The notes under the pieces: model-generated
Database searches by the model: none
Seen by the model: the letters and a program-made list of their open reading frames with translations, nothing else
Told to the model about the DNA's origin: nothing
Shown here: in pieces, positions 29,767 through 39,003 of the stretch
Layout of the letters: the number at the start of each line of letters is the position of its first letter
Position numbering within the stretch: the stretch's first letter is position 1
Assembly (NCBI GenBank): GCA_013329055.1
Contig: DUKY01000007.1
Coordinates: forward strand, 51,146 to 115,145
Direction of reading: 5' to 3'
Source: Nanobdellota archaeon
GTDB lineage: Archaea; Nanobdellota; Nanobdellia; Pacearchaeales; GW2011-AR1
Length of the DNA stretch: 64,000 nucleotides
Program-made: the position numbers and the translations under genes

Positions 29767-29778
29767 TTTTAAAAATCT
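29767..29778 (+). promoter_or_regulatory. Candidate archaeal TATA-like box for tRNA-His
   Basis: cttttaaaaatc lies about 28-40 nt upstream of the tRNA start at 29806. Confidence 0.3.
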
Positions 29779-29805
29779 CATAATTTATCTATAAACATCA
29801 ATAAT

Positions 29806-29878
29806 GGCGGTTGTGGTATAACGGTTATTACGTCCGGTTGTGGTCCGGGCAAAGAGGGTTCGACTCCCTCCATCCGCT
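29806..29878 (+). tRNA. tRNA-His (anticodon GUG) with an encoded G-1
   Basis: Manual fold: G-1, acceptor GCGGUUG/CAUCCGC (one U·U), D arm GUAU-AACGGUUA-UUAC, anticodon stem UCCGG/CCGGG with loop UUGUGGU. T arm GAGGG-UUCGACU-CCCUC. Confidence 0.75.
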
Positions 29879-30352
29879 TAATAAATCAGAGACGAACCCT
29901 GGGTTCGATGAAAAATTTTGTGGTAGAAACTTATTCTTTCAGATAAAAATTCAAGCATTGAATAAAAGAGTTTCGTGCAAGATTTTGAACATCCCTCCAT
30001 CCGCTTATTTTCTTTACAGAAAATTGCGTAAGTTCGGGAGTCTTCGACTCCACAATTCGCATTCCGTGAAAGCTTCTTTAAATCAAGGAAAATTTTGATT
30101 TATTTGAACTTTCAGAAATGCTCAATTCGCATTCCGTGAAAGCTTCTTTAAATCAAGGAAAATTTTGATTTATTTGAACTTTCAGAAATGCTCACCATCC
30201 GTTTAATAAATAAGAGGCGAACCCCGGAGTTCGATGAAAAATTTTGTGGTAGAAACTTATTTTTTCAGATAAAAATTCAAGGATTGAACAAAAGAGTTTC
30301 GTGCAAGATTTTTAACATCCCTCCATCCGCGTTTTATTTTTAAGAAAGATTT
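29879..30352. repeat. Array of 3-4 modules downstream of tRNA-His, each bounded by a copy of the tRNA 3'-terminal 12 nt (CCCTCCATCCGC)
   Basis: 3'-end copies at 30003-30014, 30195-30201 (partial) and 30319-30330. Modules 29879-30002 and 30202-30318 are ~90% identical. The middle module has a tandem ~82-bp duplication (30046-30189). Confidence 0.8.
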
Positions 30353-30393
30353 TAATAAGTTCTATTCTAATATAATTATATTAAAGAGATAAA

Positions 30394-30828
30394 ATGAAAT
30401 ACAATAATATAAAAAATATTCTTTTTGTTTGCAAGTATAACGCTTTTAGGAGCAGATTTGCAGAGTCTTATTTTAATAAATTAAATAAAAATAAATCAAT
30501 TAAGGCAATTAGCAGAGGGTTTATTATGAATGCTAGTTCAGATTCTGTTCAAAGAAAGATTGCTAAGAAATTTAATGGTGATATTATTGGAGAACCTAAA
30601 CCCGTCAAATTAAATGAAATGATTGAAGCAGATTTGATTGTAATTGTTGCAAATGATGTTCCAAAAATTATGTTTAATTATGCCCTTAAACCTATTTATA
30701 AAAAAGTTGTTGTTTGGAAGATAAAAGATGAACAAAAGAAAAATGAAAAAAATATTATTAAAATTGTTAAAAAAATTCAAAAGAAAGTTGAGAGATTAAT
30801 TAAAAAATTGGAGAAAGAACTAAAATGA
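30394..30828 (+). CDS. Low-molecular-weight phosphotyrosine phosphatase / ArsC-like (LMWP family)
   Basis: P-loop CX5R (LFVCKYNAFRSR). The C-terminus is Lys-rich. Confidence 0.65.
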   Translation: MKYNNIKNILFVCKYNAFRSRFAESYFNKLNKNKSIKAISRGFIMNASSDSVQRKIAKKFNGDIIGEPKPVKLNEMIEADLIVIVANDVPKIMFNYALKPIYKKVVVWKIKDEQKKNEKNIIKIVKKIQKKVERLIKKLEKELK

Positions 30829-31265
30829 AGATTAATTTAGTTAAATCTAAGAAAAATGAATTAAAAGAAATTTCAAAGATTTATATGGAAGCGTTTTCTA
30901 AACCCCCTTATGAAGAAATTTGGACTTTAAAAAAAGCTTCAAATAAAATAAAATTTTTTTATGAATTCTATGATTTATATTCGATAAAAGCAGATAAAAA
31001 ATTAGTTGGTTTTGCAGTAATTAATCCTAATTTTATGTGCCCCGGGGAGGTTGCTTTTGGAGAAGAAATTGCGATTAAAGAAAATTTTCAAGGAAAGGGG
31101 ATTGGAACAATTGTGAATAAAAAACTTTTTGAAATTTATAAGAAAAAAGGCTATGGATCATTTATGATTATTGCACATAAAAAATCTAAAGCAGTTAAAT
31201 TATATAAAAGACTGGGGATTAATATATCTAAAGAAGGAATACTCATGGAGAAAGAACTAAAATGA
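30825..31265 (+). CDS. GNAT-family N-acetyltransferase
   Basis: Acetyl-CoA binding motif QGKGIGTIVNKKLFE. 4-nt overlaps on both sides. Confidence 0.65.
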   Translation: MKINLVKSKKNELKEISKIYMEAFSKPPYEEIWTLKKASNKIKFFYEFYDLYSIKADKKLVGFAVINPNFMCPGEVAFGEEIAIKENFQGKGIGTIVNKKLFEIYKKKGYGSFMIIAHKKSKAVKLYKRLGINISKEGILMEKELK

Positions 31266-32419
31266 ATACCGATACAATAAAAGGTTTTGATGATTATGTC
31301 GGGGAATTAGCTACTAAGAGAGCGGTTATTCAGGAAATCGTCAGGCAAAATTTTGAACGGTTTGGTTTTAATCCTACAGAGACTCCGATTATAGAGTCAG
31401 AAGAATTTGTTAGAGGAGAAAATCCAAATGATGAGGCAGTTTCAGATATTTTTAAACTTAAAGATAAAGGGAACAGAAAATTGGCTTTGCGTTATGAATT
31501 AACTTTTCCATTAAAACGTATTGCAAAAAATAAAAAATTGCCGTTTAAAAGATATCAAATTGGCCCGGTTTTTAGGGATGAACCAATAAAAGGAAATCGT
31601 GGCAGGCAGTTTATTTCTTGTGATGTTGATATTGTTGGTTCAACAATTAAAGATGATGCAGAGATTCTTTCATTAGTAAGTAATATTTTAAAAAGTCTAA
31701 AGATTGAAGGTGTGATTTATATTAATAACAGAAAACTTCTTAATGAAATTTTAAATACAGAAAAGATAGATAAAAAATATTTTGAGGAAGTGATTAGAGA
31801 GATAGATAAATTAGATAAACTTTCTTCTAAAGAAGTTTATGATAATTTAAAGAAATATAATGCTGAAAATTTATTAAAAATTTTTAATAAGGAAGAAAAA
31901 TATTTTGAGAGATATGAATCATACAATGAGATTAAAGAATTAAGAGAGTATTGCAATAATTATTCTGTAAAATTTGAATTTATGCCCAGCCTTGCAAGAG
32001 GTTTAAGTTATTATACCGGAACAGTTTTTGAGATTAAAACAAAGAATATTAAAGAGACTATTTTTGGAGGGGGAAGTTATAATTTTGATGGAATTCAGGG
32101 AGTCGGTTTTGGAGTTTCTATTGAAAGATTAGAATTAGTTACAAATTTACAAATTGAACTTGAAAAATATTTAATTGTTTCTTTGAATGAAGATAAAAAA
32201 GCAATTAAACTTGCAAATCAATTGAGAGAACAAGGAAAAAATGTTTCAATTTTTTATGGCAAACCGTCTAAAGCATTAGATTATGCAAATTCTTACAAGA
32301 TACAGAAAGTTATTTTTGTCGGAAAAAAAGAAGTTGAAAAAAAACAAATGATTGTGAAAGATATGAAAACAGGAAAACAAATAATTTTTAAAATTAAAGA
32401 AAGTTCTAAATTAAAATGA
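31262..32419 (+). CDS. hisS: Compact histidine--tRNA ligase (class II aaRS, HisRS-like)
   Basis: Motif 2 GPVFRDEPIKGNRGRQFISCDVDIVG, motif 3 FGGGSYNF, and a C-terminal anticodon-binding-like domain. Shorter than typical HisRS. Confidence 0.6.
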   Translation: MNTDTIKGFDDYVGELATKRAVIQEIVRQNFERFGFNPTETPIIESEEFVRGENPNDEAVSDIFKLKDKGNRKLALRYELTFPLKRIAKNKKLPFKRYQIGPVFRDEPIKGNRGRQFISCDVDIVGSTIKDDAEILSLVSNILKSLKIEGVIYINNRKLLNEILNTEKIDKKYFEEVIREIDKLDKLSSKEVYDNLKKYNAENLLKIFNKEEKYFERYESYNEIKELREYCNNYSVKFEFMPSLARGLSYYTGTVFEIKTKNIKETIFGGGSYNFDGIQGVGFGVSIERLELVTNLQIELEKYLIVSLNEDKKAIKLANQLREQGKNVSIFYGKPSKALDYANSYKIQKVIFVGKKEVEKKQMIVKDMKTGKQIIFKIKESSKLK

Positions 32420-33393
32420 ATAATTCTCACGAAAAGAGTTCTATAAATGAGCATATAATTCATAAAATCCCGATTATAGACGAGGATTCGACAATAAAAG
32501 ATGCTCTTTTAATGCTAGAAAAAATCAGCAATAAATATGATAGCGTTGACAATATTTTTGTTTTAGATCAAAAAGATAATCTTATTGGATTATTTGATAT
32601 TCAAGAATTATTTAACAAGCCAAAAAATACTCTTATCAAAAAAATTATGCAAAAAAAGATCATCACTGTTTCATTAGATACAGAAATAGAAAAAGTTGCA
32701 CATATTGCATTAAAACATAATTTAAAACAAATACCAGTTACAAGATCACGAAAACTTATTGGAGTTGTTGCAACAAAAGATATTTTGTCTACGATAAACA
32801 AATCATTAAAGAGGGATATTTTTCATTTTGCGGGAATACATAAATCTCATTTAGATTTTGAAAATAGTATGGAAATTCCATTATTTAAAGCAGTAAAAAA
32901 TAGATTATTGTGGATAATTCTTGGTCTTATGGGAGCAATAATTATGGCATTATATATTGGGCTTTTTGAAGAAACTTTAAGGAAGTATATGATTATAGCA
33001 TCTTTTGTTCCTGCAATTGTATATATTAGTGATGCTTTGGGAACTCAATTTCAAACAGTATTTGTAAGAGATTTAGCAATCTTAGGTAAAGAACTTAATA
33101 TTAAAAAATATTTTTTAAAACAAATGGTTATTGGTTTTGTAATTGCATGTATCATAAGTATTCTTATGTTTTGTTCTATTTTTTTAATTTGGAAAATCCC
33201 TCATATTGCTTTTATAATCTCTTTAGCATCTTTTATTACACTTATTGCTACAAGTTTTTTTGCTCTTTTAATTACATTATTGATTAAAAAATTTAAATGG
33301 GATCCAGCAATGGGTAGCGGACCGATTGCGACAATTATTTCAGATATGACTTCAATAGTTATTTATTTTATTATTGTTGTTTTGTTTATTTAG
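32416..33393 (+). CDS. mgtE: MgtE-family divalent cation (Mg2+) transporter
   Basis: Tandem CBS-like region followed by a 5-TM MgtE-like domain. Confidence 0.75.
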   Translation: MNNSHEKSSINEHIIHKIPIIDEDSTIKDALLMLEKISNKYDSVDNIFVLDQKDNLIGLFDIQELFNKPKNTLIKKIMQKKIITVSLDTEIEKVAHIALKHNLKQIPVTRSRKLIGVVATKDILSTINKSLKRDIFHFAGIHKSHLDFENSMEIPLFKAVKNRLLWIILGLMGAIIMALYIGLFEETLRKYMIIASFVPAIVYISDALGTQFQTVFVRDLAILGKELNIKKYFLKQMVIGFVIACIISILMFCSIFLIWKIPHIAFIISLASFITLIATSFFALLITLLIKKFKWDPAMGSGPIATIISDMTSIVIYFIIVVLFI

Positions 33394-33421
33394 AAAAAAT
33401 TCTTAATAAAGAATAAGAATA

Positions 33422-34117
33422 CTATTTTGCTTTTTGTGCCGGAGACATATCAGGATATTTTCTAATAAGTTTTATTCCTTCTTTTATATATTCATCAAAG
33501 TTTTTCTTTTTTAGAAAAATTGTTTTAAGTTTATTTTGAATTTCAACAATCTGAGGGTAATTGTGATTAGTATAATATTCTGTGTTCCATGGCCACCATT
33601 TTTTTACATCTTTTGTTAAAGAGGTTAAAGCAAAGGCAGCAATTTCTGCAAGAGCCCAAACTTGTCCGTCTTTCAATCCTTCATCTTTGTAATACCTTTT
33701 ATAAATTTCAAAATAATGCGAAAGAATTAATTCGTGAGCAGTAATTCTTCTCATGTAATAAGAATTTTCTTTCCAATGTCTGACAATTTTTGGAGAAGTC
33801 CCAAAATTAGAAATTCCAGGATGAATAACTGAAACAACACATTCATATTTTGGATAAAACCATTTATATCCTGTTTCTTTTTCAATATAGTCTGAAAATT
33901 CTTTATTTATTTCATTCCAAGATTTTTGATAAAGATCTTTTGTTAGTTCTAAAAATGGCAAAGAAGTTTTATATGTAGCATCAATTTTTTTGAACACTTC
34001 GTTTGAAAAACCAAAATCTTTAGCCATTCTTTTATCATATTTTTTATCGATTGTAAATTCAAGTTTCATAAAAGGTAATAGAAAAGTAAACCTATAAACT
34101 TTTTGATAGTAAACCAA
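33422..34117 (-). CDS. Hypothetical protein
   Basis: Intact 231-aa ORF. It has an HELILSH segment but no canonical HExxH. Confidence 0.4.
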   Translation of the reverse strand: MVYYQKVYRFTFLLPFMKLEFTIDKKYDKRMAKDFGFSNEVFKKIDATYKTSLPFLELTKDLYQKSWNEINKEFSDYIEKETGYKWFYPKYECVVSVIHPGISNFGTSPKIVRHWKENSYYMRRITAHELILSHYFEIYKRYYKDEGLKDGQVWALAEIAAFALTSLTKDVKKWWPWNTEYYTNHNYPQIVEIQNKLKTIFLKKKNFDEYIKEGIKLIRKYPDMSPAQKAK

Positions 34118-34174
34118 TAAAATATTCTAAAAGATTTATACATAAATTTATAATTAGATACTCTATTTAACTCA

Positions 34175-34594
34175 ATGCAAGATGTTAACAAAGTAGCTAA
34201 CGAGGCCAGAAAATCTCTAAGTAAATATTGCATGGAAGAATGCAAATCATATTGTTGCAGAAAAGGGTATATTATTTTAAAACCAACAGAGTTGGATTTA
34301 GTCATTGGAGATAAAAAAGATAAATTAATGGAAGAAGAATCATTAAGAGAATTATCTTTCTCTGGAAAATATTCATTTAATCTATCAAATTCATTTGGGA
34401 GTTGCACACAATTAAAAGATGAAAAATGTTTGATTCATCAAAATGTTAACAGACCAAGTGTTTGCAAGGAATTCCCAATTTTTATAACAGGAAAGATAAT
34501 TAGAATATCTCCAAGATGTTATGGGCATAAAGCAGGATTGCTATATCCTTTTATAAAAAAATTTAAAGAATTAGGTTATGATGTTGAGGAATAA
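34175..34594 (+). CDS. YkgJ/UPF0153-family putative Zn/Fe-S binding protein (CxxCxxCC)
   Basis: CKSYCCRKG motif and further Cys residues downstream. Confidence 0.55.
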   Translation: MQDVNKVANEARKSLSKYCMEECKSYCCRKGYIILKPTELDLVIGDKKDKLMEEESLRELSFSGKYSFNLSNSFGSCTQLKDEKCLIHQNVNRPSVCKEFPIFITGKIIRISPRCYGHKAGLLYPFIKKFKELGYDVEE

Positions 34595-34674
34595 ATTCCC
34601 GCAGGAAATTTTTATGATTTTACTCTAGATACATCTTTTTAGGCTCACCATATTTTGACTCATATGCACAGCAT

Positions 34675-34800
34675 CTACAATAAGTTTCTGTTTTGTCTTT
34701 CAAAAGATTTAGGCACATATCCGCAATTTGATTTTGCAATCGATTTTTCAAGTTGGTTAACAAATTCTTTATAATCTTTACAATCTTTTCTGCATTTCAT
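34675..34800 (-). CDS. Possible 41-aa Cys-containing peptide (MKCRKDCKDYKEFVNQLEKSIAKSNCGYVPKSFERQNRNLL) immediately downstream of the radical SAM gene
   Basis: Manual translation of the minus strand. It is below the ORF-track size cutoff and is speculative. Confidence 0.2.
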   Translation of the reverse strand: MKCRKDCKDYKEFVNQLEKSIAKSNCGYVPKSFERQNRNLL

Positions 34801-34850
34801 ATTTTTTTTATAAAATCAAACTTTAAAAAAATTCCCCTAAATTAAAATAT

Positions 34851-35963
34851 TCAAGGTATTATCTCAGGTCCAAAATATTTTTCATAATCAAAATCTTTTT
34901 GAGAGATTATTTTTTTATCAATTAATTTTTTTATTTCCGGCAAAGCAGATTGCAATTCACTAATTAAATGCTTAATTGATCTACAAACTAATTTGTCTCC
35001 GGTTTTAGGCCAAAGTTTTGCTTTTCTCCAATACATGCATCTTCCTCCGCAAATATCTTTTACATCACAAGAATCACATTCATTAACTAAAATCTTTTTT
35101 AATTTATTTGGTGAATCTTCGATTGTTCCGCAAACAAAGTCTTCGATATTATTCATTATCGGACAAGCAGAGATTTTGCCGTTAGTGGTTATTGCATAAC
35201 CTGAATGACCTGCTCCACAACGAATTAAAGTTTTTTCTTTTTTAAGCAAACTTTCAATAATTCCTAAGAAAGGATAAAGTTTCAATACTTTTCCTTCTTT
35301 CATTCTTTCAATCCAATATTTAATTAATTTTGAAGTTGATTCATTAACTTTATTTATAAAATTTGTAATTTTCTCTTTGTTAAAATCTTCCTTATAAAAA
35401 CCAATATCTAATTGCCAATGTATTGAATCAAAACCTGCGTTTATTAAATTTAAAACCTGTTCATAAATGTCAGGACAATCCTGAGCGATAGTCATTCTTG
35501 CAATTAACTCTCCGTTATATCCGTTTTTTTTCATTAAAGAAATATTTTGCATTATTTTATCATAAGTTCCTTTACCACGGTTAGAATCTGTCCTTTCTTT
35601 ATCGCCGTCTAATGAAATTAAGATTTTTGTAATTTTATTTAAATATTCTTTTGGTAAAAGGTTTAATAATTGACCGTTAGTTTGCATACGATATTTTAAG
35701 TTTAAATTTTTTAGATAATCCATTATTTCAATAATTTTATTTTTTTGCAGTAATGGTTCTCCTCCATAGAAAATTAATACGGGATTAGAATCTTTTTCTA
35801 AAAACTTTTTTAATTTTTCTAAATCAATATCTAAATCACAGGGTGCAGAAAAATCAAATTTGAATCTTTTTTCTAATCCATTCTCAAACTCTTGCATTGA
35901 TTTTTCATAGCAATATCTGCATTGCAGATTACATTTTTCTGTTAGGATAATGTGATAGTGCAT
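34851..35963 (-). CDS. Radical SAM enzyme with C-terminal SPASM/twitch domain (anSME-like maturase family)
   Basis: CNLQCRYCY (CxxxCxxC) motif. C-terminal Cys clusters CGAGHSGYAITTNGKISACP and CDSCDVKDICGGRC. Confidence 0.85.
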   Translation of the reverse strand: MHYHIILTEKCNLQCRYCYEKSMQEFENGLEKRFKFDFSAPCDLDIDLEKLKKFLEKDSNPVLIFYGGEPLLQKNKIIEIMDYLKNLNLKYRMQTNGQLLNLLPKEYLNKITKILISLDGDKERTDSNRGKGTYDKIMQNISLMKKNGYNGELIARMTIAQDCPDIYEQVLNLINAGFDSIHWQLDIGFYKEDFNKEKITNFINKVNESTSKLIKYWIERMKEGKVLKLYPFLGIIESLLKKEKTLIRCGAGHSGYAITTNGKISACPIMNNIEDFVCGTIEDSPNKLKKILVNECDSCDVKDICGGRCMYWRKAKLWPKTGDKLVCRSIKHLISELQSALPEIKKLIDKKIISQKDFDYEKYFGPEIIP

Positions 35964-35964
35964 T

Positions 35965-36507
35965 TTAAAATTTACAAAAGTTTTTTATTAATTCAGGATT
36001 TTTTACTTCCGGATGAAAGGATATTCCATAAATCTCTTTAGATTTATGTTTAATAATTGCATTATCAATATCTGTTTTGCCTAAAATTTCAAAATTATGC
36101 AATTCTTTTAATGACATATTATGCACAAAATATGCTTCGAAAGATTTTGGAAGGTTGAAAAAATCTGATTTTAATTTTACTTCTTTTAATCCGATTTCCT
36201 GGTTAAATTTTGGCTTTGCACCGAATACAAAACCGACTATATGCATACCTGCACATATTCCCAGAATTGGTTGATTAATATTTTTTATCCATTCAAATTT
36301 ATCCCCTGAGTGAAGATATTCAAAATCTTTTAGTGACGTTCCTGGAATAATTATTTTATCATAATTGTTTAAATTATCCTGTGAAAAATTTTTATAATTA
36401 ATTGTTGAAAATTGAATTTCATTTTTTAGTAAAATCTTTTCAATAGGTTTTACAAATTCTAATTCATGTAATTTTTCCTTGCATGTTGAAATAATTAATA
36501 TTTTCAT
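35965..36507 (-). CDS. Class I glutamine amidotransferase (GuaA subunit A-like)
   Basis: Catalytic Cys in GICAGMHIV and the His-Pro-Glu motif ISFHPE. About 180 aa. Confidence 0.8.
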   Translation of the reverse strand: MKILIISTCKEKLHELEFVKPIEKILLKNEIQFSTINYKNFSQDNLNNYDKIIIPGTSLKDFEYLHSGDKFEWIKNINQPILGICAGMHIVGFVFGAKPKFNQEIGLKEVKLKSDFFNLPKSFEAYFVHNMSLKELHNFEILGKTDIDNAIIKHKSKEIYGISFHPEVKNPELIKNFCKF

Positions 36508-37172
36508 TCTACATCTATTTCCATTCTCCAGGAATTTTTTTCTCCGGAAATTTTTTTGTCAGTTATATTTAAGGATTTTTTAAATAACGGGCAATTCAAA
36601 GTAAATGTTTCAAATTCTCCTCCTTCTCCGGCAGGGTGAATTTGATATTTTTGATTTAATTTTTTTACTTTATCAATAAATTCTTCGTTAATTTCTTTTC
36701 CTAACCATGATTCATCCAAAGGATAAGCAAATACCCCGACGATAATTACTTTAAATTTTAGGTTAATGATTTCATGCAAATATTCAAATTCATCTTTTTG
36801 CCATAATGGATTAAAGCATTCTAAATCCAGTTCATTACAAATTTTCTGAATTCTTGATGCCTGATAAATAGATTGCAGAGCACCGGTAACAATCCCTCCT
36901 ATGTGATATTCGTCTTTTGCTTTTTTTATTGCTTTTTTCAAATCTTTCAGTTCAATTTCTTTTTTTCCTTTAGTTTTTTGAATAATTAACGGAATTTGCA
37001 TTACTTCTGCCTGTTTTTTAGTCTTTTCAATTGAAGGCGTATGAAACATATAACTTTCTTTATTTTCAGATACGATTGAAATTAAGCATGACAATTCATG
37101 ACCTGCTTCTTTTGCTAAATAAGAAGCCATACATGAATCTTTTCCTCCGGAAAATAATACTGCAACTTTCAT
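36504..37172 (-). CDS. PP-loop ATP pyrophosphatase of the MJ0570/Dph6 (diphthine--ammonia ligase) family
   Basis: PP-loop SGGKDS and the family hallmark GEGGEFETF. 4-nt overlap with the downstream GATase. Confidence 0.8.
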   Translation of the reverse strand: MKVAVLFSGGKDSCMASYLAKEAGHELSCLISIVSENKESYMFHTPSIEKTKKQAEVMQIPLIIQKTKGKKEIELKDLKKAIKKAKDEYHIGGIVTGALQSIYQASRIQKICNELDLECFNPLWQKDEFEYLHEIINLKFKVIIVGVFAYPLDESWLGKEINEEFIDKVKKLNQKYQIHPAGEGGEFETFTLNCPLFKKSLNITDKKISGEKNSWRMEIDVE

Positions 37173-37242
37173 GGAAAATCAAATAAAAAATAGTTTTTAA
37201 GTTTTACATAAAATTTAAATTCTTTATTTACAACATTATTTT

Positions 37243-37749
37243 ATGGCAAAATATGATTTTAAAACAAAAGAAGAAAAGTGCATATTTTGTGAGATTACAA
37301 AAAAGAATATTAAACCTTTAGGAGAAGGACTTTTTTATGAAGATAAAGAATACATGGCATTTTTATCTCCTTTCCCGAATACAAAAGGTTTTTCAATTGT
37401 TATTCCAAAAAAACATTTTGATGGTGATGTTTTGAAGATGCCAGATAAAGAACTAAATAAATTTATACTAACATCAAAAAAAGTTGCAAATATTTTATTA
37501 AATTATTTTGAAGATGTTGGAAGAATTGGGCTGATAATGGAAGGAACAGGAATTGATCACGCACATATTAAACTTTTCCCAATGCATAATACCCCCGAAT
37601 TAAAAAGAGGAGAATTTAAACAATTTAATAGTTCAAATAACAAATATTTTGAAACTTACGAAGGATATATTTCTTCGCATGACAGTTTAAAAGCTGATGA
37701 AAAAGAACTTCAAAAACTTGCTAAAAGATTACAGGAATCTCAAAGATAA
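37243..37749 (+). CDS. HIT-like family protein (degenerate HxHxK motif)
   Basis: N-terminal CIFCEI and a DHAHIKLFPMH segment. Confidence 0.55.
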   Translation: MAKYDFKTKEEKCIFCEITKKNIKPLGEGLFYEDKEYMAFLSPFPNTKGFSIVIPKKHFDGDVLKMPDKELNKFILTSKKVANILLNYFEDVGRIGLIMEGTGIDHAHIKLFPMHNTPELKRGEFKQFNSSNNKYFETYEGYISSHDSLKADEKELQKLAKRLQESQR

Positions 37750-38646
37750 TTATTTTTTTTCTTCAACTTCTTCTTCAATAACAAATTCTTCGTCAATCAT
37801 ATCTTTCATTTTAGCTAATTCTTCAAGGTCTTCAATTTCCTCTTCCATTTCTTTTTTTAGGTCTGCAAAAGGGTCAGGATTATGTTTTAGGTATGTTTCT
37901 TTTAACCAAATATCGATTTCTTTAAAGTGACCTTCTTGTTCAAGCCAAATTTTTTTTTGATTCTCTAAATGCAATAAGGGGTAAAATGAAACAGCCCTCT
38001 CTTCTTTACTTTCTCCAATTAATTGGGTGAAGGTTATTTTTTTAATTTTTTCTTCATTTTTAAGCTGTTCAAATAATTTATCGTAAATTTCTTTAATTTT
38101 ATCTTTAATGCTAAAATTTCTTTTAGGCATTGAATAAGAGGACATTCTTAATGCATTTTTATCGATTATTATTTTCTTGATTCTTCGATTTTCAGTGACT
38201 ATTGCCTTATTTAATGATTCAATTAACTCATTTAATGTGACTTTCTTGAATCGGGGCATTGGACTTCGTGGGATTAATTCAGGAATTTCTTCATTAAATT
38301 CAATTCTTTCAAAAGCAATCTTTGATCCTGTTTCTTTTTTTCCAAATAAAATTTCGTCAATACTTTTTACATATTTATTCAATAATATTTCAGATTTAAT
38401 TCTTAGCAATAACGCTGCGGCCAAAAGGACTTTACTTGAAATGAAAAAATTAGTTTCTTCAATTTGCCTGATTTTTTCTAAGAATTTATCAGTTAGAAGT
38501 ACTATGTTTATGTCCCAAGGATCTAATTGTTCAGTATTAATTAAATCATAAATGATGTCTTTCCAACCTATTTCTCGATTAAACAAAATATCATGTATTT
38601 GTTCTTGCTGGATTTTTTTATGCAGATTTATGTCCTCTTTTTCCAT
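37750..38646 (-). CDS. scpA: Segregation and condensation protein A (kleisin)
   Basis: ScpA-like N-terminal region (LDPWDINIV…) and an acidic C-terminus. Confidence 0.75.
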   Translation of the reverse strand: MEKEDINLHKKIQQEQIHDILFNREIGWKDIIYDLINTEQLDPWDINIVLLTDKFLEKIRQIEETNFFISSKVLLAAALLLRIKSEILLNKYVKSIDEILFGKKETGSKIAFERIEFNEEIPELIPRSPMPRFKKVTLNELIESLNKAIVTENRRIKKIIIDKNALRMSSYSMPKRNFSIKDKIKEIYDKLFEQLKNEEKIKKITFTQLIGESKEERAVSFYPLLHLENQKKIWLEQEGHFKEIDIWLKETYLKHNPDPFADLKKEMEEEIEDLEELAKMKDMIDEEFVIEEEVEEKK

Positions 38647-39003
38647 TATTTTTAAAGCAAAAATGCTTTTATTACCTTTTTGGTTTAATGTTTACAAGGG
38701 TTTGCGAGTCCAAAAAGGGAATTAGAAATTTTTCTGTTTTTGTTATAATTTGTTAATTCTGTAGCAACCTTTTAAAAACTCAAATTTTCGCTGTCATTTT
38801 ACAAGGGTAACAAAACCGAAAGGTTTAAATAATCCAAAGGCATGAGTATATTATCACCTCTTTTTACCCAGGAGGAGCTTCAGATCAACTATTTTTTTGG
38901 TTTGGAGAACCTCCTAGGTTTTATAATCTTTAAAGATTAATTTTAATATAAGACCTAAGATTGAGCAAATAACTCAAAGGCAATTAATAATTTTATTGAT
39001 AAA

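Noticed and set aside
29811-30098. 95-aa ORF from the six-frame track
   Set aside because: It reads across the tRNA-His gene and the downstream repeat modules, so it is non-coding.
34066-34407. 113-aa minus-strand ORF
   Set aside because: It is antisense to the YkgJ-like gene and overlaps the end of 33422..34117, with a low-complexity translation.
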